Of a stretch of DNA of 64,000 nt, positions 1 to 9,702 are shown piece after piece. A program made the translations under genes and the position numbers. Below the pieces are notes generated by a model, which worked only from the letters and a program-made list of their open reading frames with translations, was not told where the DNA came from and ran no database searches. Each line of letters starts with the position of its first letter. The stretch's first letter is position 1. This stretch comes from Candidatus Bathyarchaeia archaeon (lineage in GTDB: Archaea > Thermoproteota > Bathyarchaeia > Bathyarchaeales > Bathycorpusculaceae), in the NCBI GenBank assembly GCA_049515895.1, contig JBEKTQ010000001.1, forward strand, positions 162,535-226,534, given 5' to 3'.

Positions 1-2
1 CA

Positions 3-1562
3 ATGACGATAAAGCTCAGATTAGATGTGGATTACCCTTACCCTTCAAGGTCTAAAAGTTTTCTTTACATAGCTTTCGGCATCAAAAGGCGAAAAGGCAA
101 AGATTATCTAAAGAACGCTCGAGTCATAGCTAAAATGATTAACGAATCGCCCAAAGACGTAATGGCTTACTGGTTCTTTACCCCGTTCACAATTCCGGAC
201 AAGGAACTGCTTGATCTGCTTAACCCGCAGAGACATGAGGTTGCCTTGCATGTTGCAATAAATCCCTATCGAGAATGGAAGATTCTTGAAAGCGAAACCG
301 ACAGAACCGTGCAGTACTTCACAATCCATGGGACGTCTCGGATTTTTACCCAGCTACTGTGGGGACGCAAATTGGGTGAGAAACAAGCCAAGGTACCTGC
401 TGACTTCCCCGTGAAGTCCTTTCATGAGTTCACTACTTTCAGTCTAGACCGAATATGTTTCCAGTTGGGGTTCGATGGCGGCATAAGAGAAGCTAATGCT
501 TGGATCAGACAAGGTTTCGTCCTTTCCATGCATCCTGAATGGTTATTCAAAAAGGGCAAAAGAAGCCAACGAGGACCATTTTACGAAGTTTTGCAGGAGA
601 TATTAAAAACCTATCAAGAAATGAAAACTTTGAAAATTACATCGAACCATTTCGTAAGAATAGGACGCAATGTGAGTGATTACGGAAAAGGTTTTGTTCC
701 CACTGCCGAGTATCTCGAGAAGGTGATTGAGAGAGGTGTTGACGTTTTCGTTCTTCCAGAACAAAGCTGGCACCGTCTAATTCCAAATCCTCCAAGCTCT
801 TGGAAAAAAAGTAAGGATAATGTTGCTTTGCTCGAGATAAAAAGTTACGACGACTGGTTGAACAAAGTCGGCAAGAAAACTCGTAATATGGTGAAGAAGG
901 CTGAGAAGAGTGACATAAGAGTGGCGGTTGCTGAGCCGAGCGACCGTTTGGCCGAAGGAATATCAAAAATATTTAATGAAACCCCAATAAGGCAAGGAAG
1001 TTTCTTCACTCACTACGGCGAATCATTATCGACAGTAGCTGGCAACATGTATGAGGGTGCCAAGAGCTCCACTTTTATTGTTGCTTACCTGAACGAAGAA
1101 ATGGTTGGTTTCATTCAAATAAATTGGGGTGATATAGCTGTGCTTTCTCAAATATTATCAATGCAGAAGCACTGGGATAAAGCCGTGAACAACGCACTTC
1201 TCGCTAAGGCGGTTGAAGTTTGCGCGTTGAGAGGACAACGATGGCTTGTTTACGGGAGAATAGGAAATCACCCCTCTCTTGACAAGTTTAAGAAAAGCAA
1301 TGGGTTTGAAAGCCGTCCGATAACTAGTTATTATGTGCCATTAACAAGGAGAGGAAAGATTGCTGTCCGCTTAGGATTGCATAGAGAACTGCGAGACGCT
1401 GTACCAAAGCAGTTGAAGGTTTTGATTATTCCCGTCAGAAATTGGGCAAGCAGAGTCAAGGCACGATATCGATTTGGGTCAGAAACGGAATCGGCTGTTG
1501 TGAATAATTCAAACGACGCCCCTGCAACTAACAAAGATTTTGAAGAGAGAAATCTTGATTAG
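3..1562 (+). CDS. Fusion: polysaccharide-deacetylase-like N-domain + FemAB/GNAT-like acyltransferase C-domain
   Basis: N-term LRLDVDY...HEVALH...MHP resembles NodB/CE4-like barrel; C-term KKTRNMVKKAEK...LDKFKKSNGF resembles FemAB-like GNAT; upstream of two GT4 genes. Confidence 0.55.
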   Translation: MTIKLRLDVDYPYPSRSKSFLYIAFGIKRRKGKDYLKNARVIAKMINESPKDVMAYWFFTPFTIPDKELLDLLNPQRHEVALHVAINPYREWKILESETDRTVQYFTIHGTSRIFTQLLWGRKLGEKQAKVPADFPVKSFHEFTTFSLDRICFQLGFDGGIREANAWIRQGFVLSMHPEWLFKKGKRSQRGPFYEVLQEILKTYQEMKTLKITSNHFVRIGRNVSDYGKGFVPTAEYLEKVIERGVDVFVLPEQSWHRLIPNPPSSWKKSKDNVALLEIKSYDDWLNKVGKKTRNMVKKAEKSDIRVAVAEPSDRLAEGISKIFNETPIRQGSFFTHYGESLSTVAGNMYEGAKSSTFIVAYLNEEMVGFIQINWGDIAVLSQILSMQKHWDKAVNNALLAKAVEVCALRGQRWLVYGRIGNHPSLDKFKKSNGFESRPITSYYVPLTRRGKIAVRLGLHRELRDAVPKQLKVLIIPVRNWASRVKARYRFGSETESAVVNNSNDAPATNKDFEERNLD

Positions 1563-1599
1563 ACAAAAAATCGATTGGTAGTCTGAGAGGGACAAGCAG

Positions 1600-2832
1600 C
1601 TGGCAAAATTCCTAGTTATCCATCCGAACTTGGACATTTACGGCGGAGGGGAAAGAGTCTGTCACAACGTAATAAAATCCTTGCTTGAACACGGCGAACA
1701 AGTGGAACTGTTAACTTTTGATTTTGACTCCGTGCGTTACGCCCAAATCATGGGTGAAAAATTGCCAGAGGGCATCGTTGTCCATAGCTTAGGAAAAAGG
1801 GTAGATGTTAAACCACCGTTCACCGTCTACAAGAGACGGAGCAAAATCATCAAGCTAACTAAAAAAATCAAGGATTTAGATTACGATTACGTGTTTTCCA
1901 CTCAAACACTGACGGCTTTTGAGTCAGCGTTGTTCAACGAAAAAAAGGGAAACATCGCCTACGTTCATTTCCCAGAAATACATCACCGCTACATGAACTC
2001 GGGGTTAACCAGAAAAGCGTACTTGTGGCTGTACCAGCGGTGGCTTGACGGAGACATCAGCAAGCTGGATATGGTTTTCTGCAACAGCAACTACACGAAA
2101 GGGATGATTGAAAAATACTGGTCTAAAGATAAAATCCCGGAACCCATCGTAGCCTACCCTCCAGTTGACCTAGATCCCTTCTGGAGCAAAACTCCCCTTA
2201 AGGATAGGCTCAAGCAAGTAATCTACGTTGGACGTTTTATTCCTCAGAAGCGGCACGAGCTGATGAAGAAACTGGCGGTTGACCTTCCAGAGTTCCAGTT
2301 TCTAAGTGTAGGCGGCTTGAGGGATACGGAACAGCTATGGTTTGAAGTCTTCTCAAAGGACCTTCCAGCTAATTACAAGCTTAAACCAAACGTGCCAAGC
2401 CAAGAATTAGTGCAACTTTACGAGCAATCTAGGGTTTACTGCCATTTGATGGAGGGAGAACACTTCGGGATTTCGCCGATGGAAGCCCTGGCAAGCGGGT
2501 GCGCAACCTTGGTCCATAAGAGCGGGGGAACGGGAGAGTTCATTCCAGAGGAGTTCAGGTGGCAAACCTACGATGACCTGAAAGAAAAGATAACCCATTG
2601 GGGAGAGCCATCTGAGAGCGACAACAGCGCTTGGGACCAGCTAAGGGGAGAACTGTGGGAAAAAATCTCAATACTGCAACCTAAAGTTTTTCGAGAAAAA
2701 ATCTGGGCCCACGTGCAGTGGCTGATGCAGCAGACAGAAAATAATATCCAGCCAGAACATAACAGTAAAGGCGATGTTAATACAAAGGGCGACAGAGCCA
2801 ACCTACTGCTTGCGAATCGCTCAGAAGGTTGA
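1600..2832 (+). CDS. GT4 glycosyltransferase (ALG11-like); probable CTG start at 1600
   Basis: IHPNLDIYGGGERV, CNSNYTK, YPPVD, GRF..QKRH, EHFGISPMEALASG; first beta-strand (KFLVIHP) lies upstream of TTG 1630. Confidence 0.85.
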   Translation: MAKFLVIHPNLDIYGGGERVCHNVIKSLLEHGEQVELLTFDFDSVRYAQIMGEKLPEGIVVHSLGKRVDVKPPFTVYKRRSKIIKLTKKIKDLDYDYVFSTQTLTAFESALFNEKKGNIAYVHFPEIHHRYMNSGLTRKAYLWLYQRWLDGDISKLDMVFCNSNYTKGMIEKYWSKDKIPEPIVAYPPVDLDPFWSKTPLKDRLKQVIYVGRFIPQKRHELMKKLAVDLPEFQFLSVGGLRDTEQLWFEVFSKDLPANYKLKPNVPSQELVQLYEQSRVYCHLMEGEHFGISPMEALASGCATLVHKSGGTGEFIPEEFRWQTYDDLKEKITHWGEPSESDNSAWDQLRGELWEKISILQPKVFREKIWAHVQWLMQQTENNIQPEHNSKGDVNTKGDRANLLLANRSEG

Positions 2833-4082
2833 GGACGCGAGGGTTTGATGTGAAAGTTTTGTATTTAGCTAACCCTCTAATGGGTGGAACAGGAGGGGAC
2901 AGGAGAAGTTTCGAAGTTCTCCAGCGGGTTGGGCAGCATCGAATAGAGCCCGTCATTGTTGTGGATGAGTTCGTTCTAGAAAAGATGAAAAGCGAAGGAA
3001 ACCCGTTTTGCCGCCGTTACAAGATTTACAGCATTAAGCGTCCAAACGTTGTCTACGACCGGTATTTTCGAAGTGCCAGCCGAGCAGCGCTTGATTACTT
3101 TTCAATATTCAAAACCGCCAACCTAATAACAAGCATTGCAGGCACCGAACATGTAGACCTCATTGTTTCTCACCATGAAAAAACAGATTTCTTGCTTGAA
3201 GCCTATTTCGCCGCAAAAAAACTTCGCGTTCCATGGACCTGCGTTTTTCAGCTTCCGCTTTTTCCGCCTTATGTATCCAGCGTTTGGCGACCAGTTAGAG
3301 GCGCGCGCAAAATCTATATGTATGCTCTTTACGCTAGGCTGTACGCTCTTGTTTCTCAAGCCTTAGCGTCAACTGTGCCTTTTGCTGTCAGCCCTTCGAT
3401 AGAGCTTGAAACCAAAAGGTACCTGGGCAAAAGCAGCAAAATGCTTGTTTTGCGTCCTGGCGTGGGTGTGGATAACGAGAAAATGCAGCGGGTTTCCGCT
3501 GCGCATGAACCGGTAGATGTCTTTTTCTTTTCACGGCTTGCTCCCGAAAAGGGAATATACGATTTGCCCCAAATTGCTGCGGAGATGGCGAAGGTTAAGC
3601 CAGACTTGAAGTTCTTGTTCGGCGGCCGATTCGGCGCTGTTTTGTTTCGGGATAATTTTGAAGGTTTAGTTGCGAAGAATCAGCTTGGCGACCGCTTAGT
3701 GTATAAGGGGTTTCTTAGGCAGAAAGAACTGTACGCACTTGTGAAGGCAGCCAAAGTCCTGGTTTATCCCAGCAGGCACGACGCGTTTCCTTTGGTTATT
3801 CTCGAAACCTTAGCGTGTGGCACACCCGTCGTAGCCTACGACATCCCAGCTGTAGGGACCAATTTTCCAGCAGACATCGTTAAACCAGTTCCCGTCGGAA
3901 ACACCAAACAAATGGCTGCGGAAGCATTAAAAATCGTTAACAATCAGGACCTTCGAGAGAAGATTTCCCAAAAAGCTACGGCTTTCACGGCTCAATATTC
4001 GTGGGAGAACGTTGCTGTCGCAGAAGTTGAAGCATACAACAGGCTATTTGCCAAATTCAATAATCCGACCGAGCCAGTTTAA
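2829..4082 (+). CDS. GT4 glycosyltransferase (start may be GTG 2850)
   Basis: SRLAPEKG, PSRHDAFPLVILETLACGTPVVAYD, YSWE motifs. Confidence 0.88.
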   Translation: MRTRGFDVKVLYLANPLMGGTGGDRRSFEVLQRVGQHRIEPVIVVDEFVLEKMKSEGNPFCRRYKIYSIKRPNVVYDRYFRSASRAALDYFSIFKTANLITSIAGTEHVDLIVSHHEKTDFLLEAYFAAKKLRVPWTCVFQLPLFPPYVSSVWRPVRGARKIYMYALYARLYALVSQALASTVPFAVSPSIELETKRYLGKSSKMLVLRPGVGVDNEKMQRVSAAHEPVDVFFFSRLAPEKGIYDLPQIAAEMAKVKPDLKFLFGGRFGAVLFRDNFEGLVAKNQLGDRLVYKGFLRQKELYALVKAAKVLVYPSRHDAFPLVILETLACGTPVVAYDIPAVGTNFPADIVKPVPVGNTKQMAAEALKIVNNQDLREKISQKATAFTAQYSWENVAVAEVEAYNRLFAKFNNPTEPV

Positions 4083-4348
4083 AGCAGCATCGCCGCTAAA
4101 ACTCGGTTTAACTCATCTCTGTTTTTGACTCCGCGAAAGATGGCTTTTCCGCTTGTGTAGAGTCGAAAAGAGAAGCCTTCGAATGCTAACTCAAAAATTA
4201 TTCCTGCGATCTTGTTGTTTACTGTGGCTTTCTTTAAGATATTGGCGATAACTTCATCCTTCTTCTCGTACTTGAAAAAAACGATGACGTCTTTCTCCGC
4301 TCCGCAAGTTCCTTCCACCCGTGCCACGTAGTCTTCAAGGGTTGGCAT
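4079..4348 (-). CDS. Small hypothetical protein coupled to sufS (single Cys, TBP-like/MoeB-C-terminal-like motif)
   Basis: ATG overlaps sufS stop (TAATG); FRLYTSGKAIFRG motif. Confidence 0.7.
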   Translation of the reverse strand: MPTLEDYVARVEGTCGAEKDVIVFFKYEKKDEVIANILKKATVNNKIAGIIFELAFEGFSFRLYTSGKAIFRGVKNRDELNRVLAAMLL

Positions 4349-5580
4349 TAAAGTTGCTCAATCTCCTTTAAAACCTCAACAAAGCGGTCAACTTCTTCGG
4401 GTGTGTTGTAAATGTAAAAGCTCGCCCTCGCAGAGGAATGAAGTTTCAGGACCTCTTGGTGCAGGGGTTGCGCACAATGGTAGCCGCTTCTGATCATTAT
4501 GCCATAGTTATCGCAGATAAGGGCAACGTCGTGCGACGATAAGCCTTCAACGCTGAAGGATATTATGCCACATCTTTTGGATAGGTCGCTAGTACCGTGG
4601 ATTGTGATTTTGTTGCATTCATGCATGCGTTCAAAGGCGTGCCGGGTTAACTCTTTCTCGTGGCTTTGAACATTATTCATGCCTACAGCTTGAAGGTACT
4701 TCACGGCTTCGCTTAACCCAATGGCACCACAGATATTCGGAGTGCCTGCTTCAAACTTCCATGGCGGGTCATTCAACGTTATGCTGCAGCCACGACCTTC
4801 GCTGAATTCCACTTCCTTGATCATTTCGCCTCCACCTTGGAACGGCGGCATCCCTTCAAGCAAAGCCTTCTTGCCGTAAAACACGCCTATCCCTGTGGGT
4901 CCGAGCATTTTGTGTCCTGAAAAGGCAAGAAAATCCGCATCTAAATCTTGGACGTCAACAATTAAATGTGGCACTGACTGGGCGCCGTCCACGAGCATTA
5001 AGGAGCCGTTGTCATGGGCAGCCTTCGTGACGCGTTTAACATCGTTAATTACTCCTGTGACGTTTGAAACGTGGCTTAAGCAGGCAATCTTCGTTTTTTT
5101 GGAGAATTTGCCTTCGAAATCTTCATAATCCAGGGTGCCGTCGGCTTTCACGTTGGCGTATTTGATGGTGAACCCTCTAAGTTTAGCGGTGATTTCCCAG
5201 GGCACGATGTTGCTGTGGTGTTCCATCAAGGAAACCAGTACCTCGTCGCCTTTGCACAGGTTGCTTAGTCCCCAGGAGTACGCGACCAAGTTGATGGCTT
5301 CGGTTGTGCCTCTGACAAAAACGACCTCTGAGGGTTCTTTGGCGTTTATGAACTTCGAGATTTTTTCCCGTGACTTTTCGTAAAGGTCAGTGGCTTCTAA
5401 AGATAGAGTGTGGACTGCACGGTGAATGTTGCCATTGTGGTTTTCATAAAAGTTGGCTTCAGCCTCAATTATCTGGCGGGGTTTCTGAGTTGTTGCAGCA
5501 TTATCAAAATAAATCAAAGGATAATTGTTAATCTTGCGCTTCAGTATCGGGAAATCCTGGCGAATCGCTTGTATGTCCAC
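4348..5580 (-). CDS. sufS: Cysteine desulfurase, group II (SufS/CsdA)
   Basis: YFDNAATTQKP, MEHHSN, DGAQS, SGHKMLGPTG, RSGYHCAQP. Confidence 0.95.
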   Translation of the reverse strand: MDIQAIRQDFPILKRKINNYPLIYFDNAATTQKPRQIIEAEANFYENHNGNIHRAVHTLSLEATDLYEKSREKISKFINAKEPSEVVFVRGTTEAINLVAYSWGLSNLCKGDEVLVSLMEHHSNIVPWEITAKLRGFTIKYANVKADGTLDYEDFEGKFSKKTKIACLSHVSNVTGVINDVKRVTKAAHDNGSLMLVDGAQSVPHLIVDVQDLDADFLAFSGHKMLGPTGIGVFYGKKALLEGMPPFQGGGEMIKEVEFSEGRGCSITLNDPPWKFEAGTPNICGAIGLSEAVKYLQAVGMNNVQSHEKELTRHAFERMHECNKITIHGTSDLSKRCGIISFSVEGLSSHDVALICDNYGIMIRSGYHCAQPLHQEVLKLHSSARASFYIYNTPEEVDRFVEVLKEIEQL

Positions 5581-5582
5581 GA

Positions 5583-6095
5583 TTATTTCTCTGCCTTTTC
5601 TTCTGTCTTAAGCCTCTTGGACAGTAGCTTTGCCAGTTCTTCTTCTTCCAGTGCCTGTTTTTCTTCAAAAGTGTTTTCCGCAGGCATCCAATTGGGGATC
5701 GCGACGTCTCTCTGCTTGAAGTACTGTCGTATCGCACGTTTCAAAGCGCCAACGGCGAGTACTCCGCAATGGAATTTGACGCTGGGTAAGCCGCCGATTT
5801 CCTCCGTGACCTTCTTCCAAGTTACGTCTTGCCACGCTTGCTCAAGGCTTAAGCACTTAATCATTTCCGTGACAATACTGGATGTGGCGATATTTGCGGC
5901 GCAGCCGTAGCTTTCGAAGCTTGCCTTCTCTATGATGTCTTTGTCGGTTATTTTTAGGTAGAACGTTATCATGTCTCCGCAAGCTGGGTTCCCAGCCACT
6001 GCCACGACTGTAGCATCATCCATTTTTCCAAGGTTCTTAGGGTTCCTGAATAAATCCATAACTTTAGGGTTGTAAGGTAAAGGTATACGCGACAT
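5583..6095 (-). CDS. iscU: Fe-S scaffold, IscU/NifU-N type
   Basis: GNPACGD, YGCAANIA, KFHC ligands. Confidence 0.92.
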   Translation of the reverse strand: MSRIPLPYNPKVMDLFRNPKNLGKMDDATVVAVAGNPACGDMITFYLKITDKDIIEKASFESYGCAANIATSSIVTEMIKCLSLEQAWQDVTWKKVTEEIGGLPSVKFHCGVLAVGALKRAIRQYFKQRDVAIPNWMPAENTFEEKQALEEEELAKLLSKRLKTEEKAEK

Positions 6096-7319
6096 TTAAT
6101 CAACTCCTGTTGAGCCAACTATTCCCCGAATACGGTTAACTGATGGAGGCAAGACGCTTAAAACGTAATCTATATCCTGTTCTGATTGGTAACGTGTGGT
6201 TTTCATGAGAATACTGCCATGCGCTTCACTGAACCTGCGTCCGATAGCAACGAGAACATGGCTTGGCTGAAGCAGTCTTCGACTGCAGGCGCTGCCGCTA
6301 GAAACGTAAACACCTTTTAAGCTTAGCTCGATAGTTAATGCTTCGCCCTCAGCTCGCAGAATGCTGATGTTAGCATTGTCTGGCGATCGCTTTTCACCTT
6401 TGGGACCATTAAAGCGTAGGTCATCGAGTTCTGCGAATATACCGTCAACAAGTCTATCGCGGAGAGTACGCATCTTTGCGACGTTTGCTTCGAAGTTTTG
6501 GGTTGCCAACTCACAAGCTTTAGTAAAGCCGACGATTAAGGGGGTGTTTTCGACTCCTGGCCAAAGTTTCTGTGTGCCTATTTGCCCTTCAAGAATGCGC
6601 TCCATGTTTATTCCATCTCGAAGGTACATTGCTCCCATTCCGCGTGGACCCAAAATTTTGTAGCTGCTGAATGTTGCTAAGTCAACGTTTAGGTTTTGTA
6701 CATTAATAGGTATTCTGCCGTAGGCGTCGGAGGCGTCTGTGTGAAAGAGGGTTTCATGGTTTTTGGCTTTAACAATGTCAACTGCTTCCTTAATCGGTTG
6801 CACCGTTCCAATCTCGTTGTTTACGGCTGAAACGCTTACGATAACGGTTTCGTTGTCAACTGCTTCTTTGAGCTTCTCGAGGTTTATGAAGCCGTCAGTG
6901 TTAACTGGAATCTTCTGCATTGTGAATCCGAACTTTTGCATCATTTCAGCAACCTGCAACACATTGATTGGTTCAATTTCGGAGATGACAATTTTTTTGC
7001 CCATGCTTTTTCGTGCAAAACATGAACCCATTATCGCAAGGTTGTTTGCTTCTGTTTCGCCTGGGGTGAATGTAATGTCTTCAAGGTTTTTCGCGCCTAT
7101 TGACTTGCTGATTGTCTGGAAAGAGTTCATTATGACTTCAAAGGCTTCCCAGCCTGGCTTGTGGGTAAGCGTCGGGTTACCGTAGGCTTTCTTGTTAAAG
7201 TAAGGCAACATTTCGTCAATGATTTCTTGAGGAACAATGCTAGAGTTCTCGTTGTCCAAGTAGACCTCGTGGGTTATGCCTTCATGTAATTTTAGAAGTT
7301 CCTTCACGTTTTCAACCAT
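6096..7319 (-). CDS. iscS: IscS/NifS-like group I protein with degenerate PLP site
   Basis: NNEIGTVQP, SSYKILGPRG, SSGSACS; several PLP/substrate residues substituted. Confidence 0.85.
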   Translation of the reverse strand: MVENVKELLKLHEGITHEVYLDNENSSIVPQEIIDEMLPYFNKKAYGNPTLTHKPGWEAFEVIMNSFQTISKSIGAKNLEDITFTPGETEANNLAIMGSCFARKSMGKKIVISEIEPINVLQVAEMMQKFGFTMQKIPVNTDGFINLEKLKEAVDNETVIVSVSAVNNEIGTVQPIKEAVDIVKAKNHETLFHTDASDAYGRIPINVQNLNVDLATFSSYKILGPRGMGAMYLRDGINMERILEGQIGTQKLWPGVENTPLIVGFTKACELATQNFEANVAKMRTLRDRLVDGIFAELDDLRFNGPKGEKRSPDNANISILRAEGEALTIELSLKGVYVSSGSACSRRLLQPSHVLVAIGRRFSEAHGSILMKTTRYQSEQDIDYVLSVLPPSVNRIRGIVGSTGVD

Positions 7320-7450
7320 ATAATATCCTTCCTGCCAATGGGGATTAGATAACTCGTCATTTTTAATATCTTAATCAAATAGAAAAATGTAGCTGAAAAT
7401 TAACGCGAAACGCCGCTAACACTATTAAACTAGCAAATTCAATATGCTGT

Positions 7451-9700
7451 TTGAATGGCGAGTTCATGTTGAAGATTGCTGAGTTGCCTGTTCCAGACCA
7501 AGTAAAAGAAATCCTGCAGAACATGGGAATTGTAGAGCTTTTCCCGCCTCAGGAAGACACCATACGGGCAGGTGTGTTGGAAGGCCAAAATATCGTGTTA
7601 GCCAGCCCCACAGCGTCTGGGAAAACGTTGATTGCTGAACTCTGCTCGCTCAAACATGTGTTGGAAAAAAACGGCAAAGTAGTTTATCTCTCGCCGCTTC
7701 GAGCTCTGGCAAGCGAAAAATTCGAAGAATTCAGAAAATACACTTCCATCCGTAAACAGGACGGAAGAAAAGTTTCTGTTGGCATCAGTACAGGTGACTT
7801 TGATACTGCTGACAACTGGCTCGAACGTTACGACATAATCGTCACAACCAACGAGAAGGCTGATTCTCTTCTGCGGCACCGGGCCAAATGGATGAATGAA
7901 ATCTCGCTTGTGGTAGCCGACGAAGTTCACCTTCTCAATGATGCAGGGCGTGGTCCCACTCTTGAAATTGTTTTGGCCAGGCTGCTGCAGGTTAATCCTG
8001 ACATTCAAATCTTAGCGCTGAGCGCCACAATAAACAACGTTGACGAAATAGCGGGCTGGTTAAACGCCAAGTACATTGTCACCGAATGGCGTCCAGTCAG
8101 CCTAAAGGAAGGCGTGCTTCTGCATGATGAAATCCAATTCAAGGACGGCGACGCAAAAAGAATTGAGCGGAAAACACGGTACCCGACAATAAACCTCGTT
8201 CTAAACACTCTGAAGACTGGCGGTCAAGCCTTGGTTTTTGCTTCAACACGAAAAAACGCGGTTTCAGCCGCCAAAACCATTTCTCAGCACACAGGCGAAG
8301 TCTTATCCAAACCCATGAAGAGGTCGCTTGAGCATGAGGCTGAAAAAATCCTCTCCGCTGGCGAGCGAACTCAAATTAGCGACACCTTGGCTGAGCTTGT
8401 TCGATGCGGAACTGCTTTTCACCATGCAGGGTTGGCAGGTGCTCACCGCAAGCTCATTGAAGATTCGTTCAAGGAAGGCAAGATCAAAGTTTTGACGGCA
8501 ACCCCGACTTTGGCTTTCGGCGTTAATCTCCCAGCAAGGACAGTTATTATTCAAGATTACAGGCGTTTTGAGCCGGGCTATGGCAACTACCCCATTAGCG
8601 TGTTAGAGTACAAGCAGATGGCAGGAAGGGCAGGCCGACCAAAATACGACAAGGTAGGCGAATCCATTCTTCTCGCCAAAACTTCGGATGAAGCCGACTA
8701 CTTGATGGAAGGCTACGTTTTGGCTAAACCAGAGCGGATTTGGTCCAGGCTGGCAGTTGAAAAAATCATGCGTGGACATGTGTTGTCAACTGTTGCATCG
8801 GATTTTGCTCATACGGAAAACGGGATTTACGAGTTCTTCGGAAAAACATTTTACGCTTACCAGTACGACGTTAAATCTATCAAGAGTATTATCGGTAAAA
8901 TCTTAAAGTATCTCTACGAAGAGGAAATGATCGGCGTAAACGGAGACGAAATCTACGCTACAATGTTCGGCAAACGAGTAAGTGAACTCTATATCGACCC
9001 CTTGTCGGGCGTTGTTATCCGTGAAGCCCTCAAAAACAAGCCCAAGGAACCAACAGATTTTGGTCTGCTGCATTTGATTTCTCACATGCCTGACATGGGG
9101 CCAGTCATGCGGCCCTACGCACGGGAAGTTGACCCGCTTGCGCTTGCTTTAGAGAAGCATCGCGATGAACTTTTTATTGATGTACCAAATGAGTGGGAGG
9201 ACCGTTTTGGCTTTGAAGAGTTTCTTGGCGAAATCAAAACTGCTCTTGTGATGAAGAGTTGGGTTGAAGAGGTAAGCGAGGAAAACCTGATCCAGCAATT
9301 TAACGTGCAGCCAGGCGACCTGTACCGCACGATTGAAAACGCGAAGTGGCTTCTTCACGCAACGGACGAACTAGCAGGGTTGTTTGGATACAAAGAGGTT
9401 CGCCCCTTAACCAGCGAGTTGGTCGAACGGGTTTCTAAAGGCATAAAGAAAGAACTCCTGCCCCTCGTTCGGCTCGAGGGCGTCGGCAGAGTCCGCGGAC
9501 GCATAATGTTCGACGCAGGCTACCGAACCATCGAAGACATAAAACATGCTTCTGTGGAGGAATTAACTAATCTGCCGCTGATGGGTCCAAGACTTGCCAA
9601 AAAAATTAAGGAACAGGTCGGCGGCTTCGTGAAAAAGGACACTTGGGAAAAACTCAGCAGCGAGCAGGATTTTAAGCAGCGAGCGCTGTCTGAATTTTAA
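7451..9700 (+). CDS. hel308: Ski2-like DNA helicase Hel308/Hjm (ATG 7466 likely start)
   Basis: SPTASGKT, DEVH, LSAT, QMAGRAGRP, C-terminal HhH (GVGRVRGR). Confidence 0.93.
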   Translation: MNGEFMLKIAELPVPDQVKEILQNMGIVELFPPQEDTIRAGVLEGQNIVLASPTASGKTLIAELCSLKHVLEKNGKVVYLSPLRALASEKFEEFRKYTSIRKQDGRKVSVGISTGDFDTADNWLERYDIIVTTNEKADSLLRHRAKWMNEISLVVADEVHLLNDAGRGPTLEIVLARLLQVNPDIQILALSATINNVDEIAGWLNAKYIVTEWRPVSLKEGVLLHDEIQFKDGDAKRIERKTRYPTINLVLNTLKTGGQALVFASTRKNAVSAAKTISQHTGEVLSKPMKRSLEHEAEKILSAGERTQISDTLAELVRCGTAFHHAGLAGAHRKLIEDSFKEGKIKVLTATPTLAFGVNLPARTVIIQDYRRFEPGYGNYPISVLEYKQMAGRAGRPKYDKVGESILLAKTSDEADYLMEGYVLAKPERIWSRLAVEKIMRGHVLSTVASDFAHTENGIYEFFGKTFYAYQYDVKSIKSIIGKILKYLYEEEMIGVNGDEIYATMFGKRVSELYIDPLSGVVIREALKNKPKEPTDFGLLHLISHMPDMGPVMRPYAREVDPLALALEKHRDELFIDVPNEWEDRFGFEEFLGEIKTALVMKSWVEEVSEENLIQQFNVQPGDLYRTIENAKWLLHATDELAGLFGYKEVRPLTSELVERVSKGIKKELLPLVRLEGVGRVRGRIMFDAGYRTIEDIKHASVEELTNLPLMGPRLAKKIKEQVGGFVKKDTWEKLSSEQDFKQRALSEF

Positions 9701-9702
9701 CT

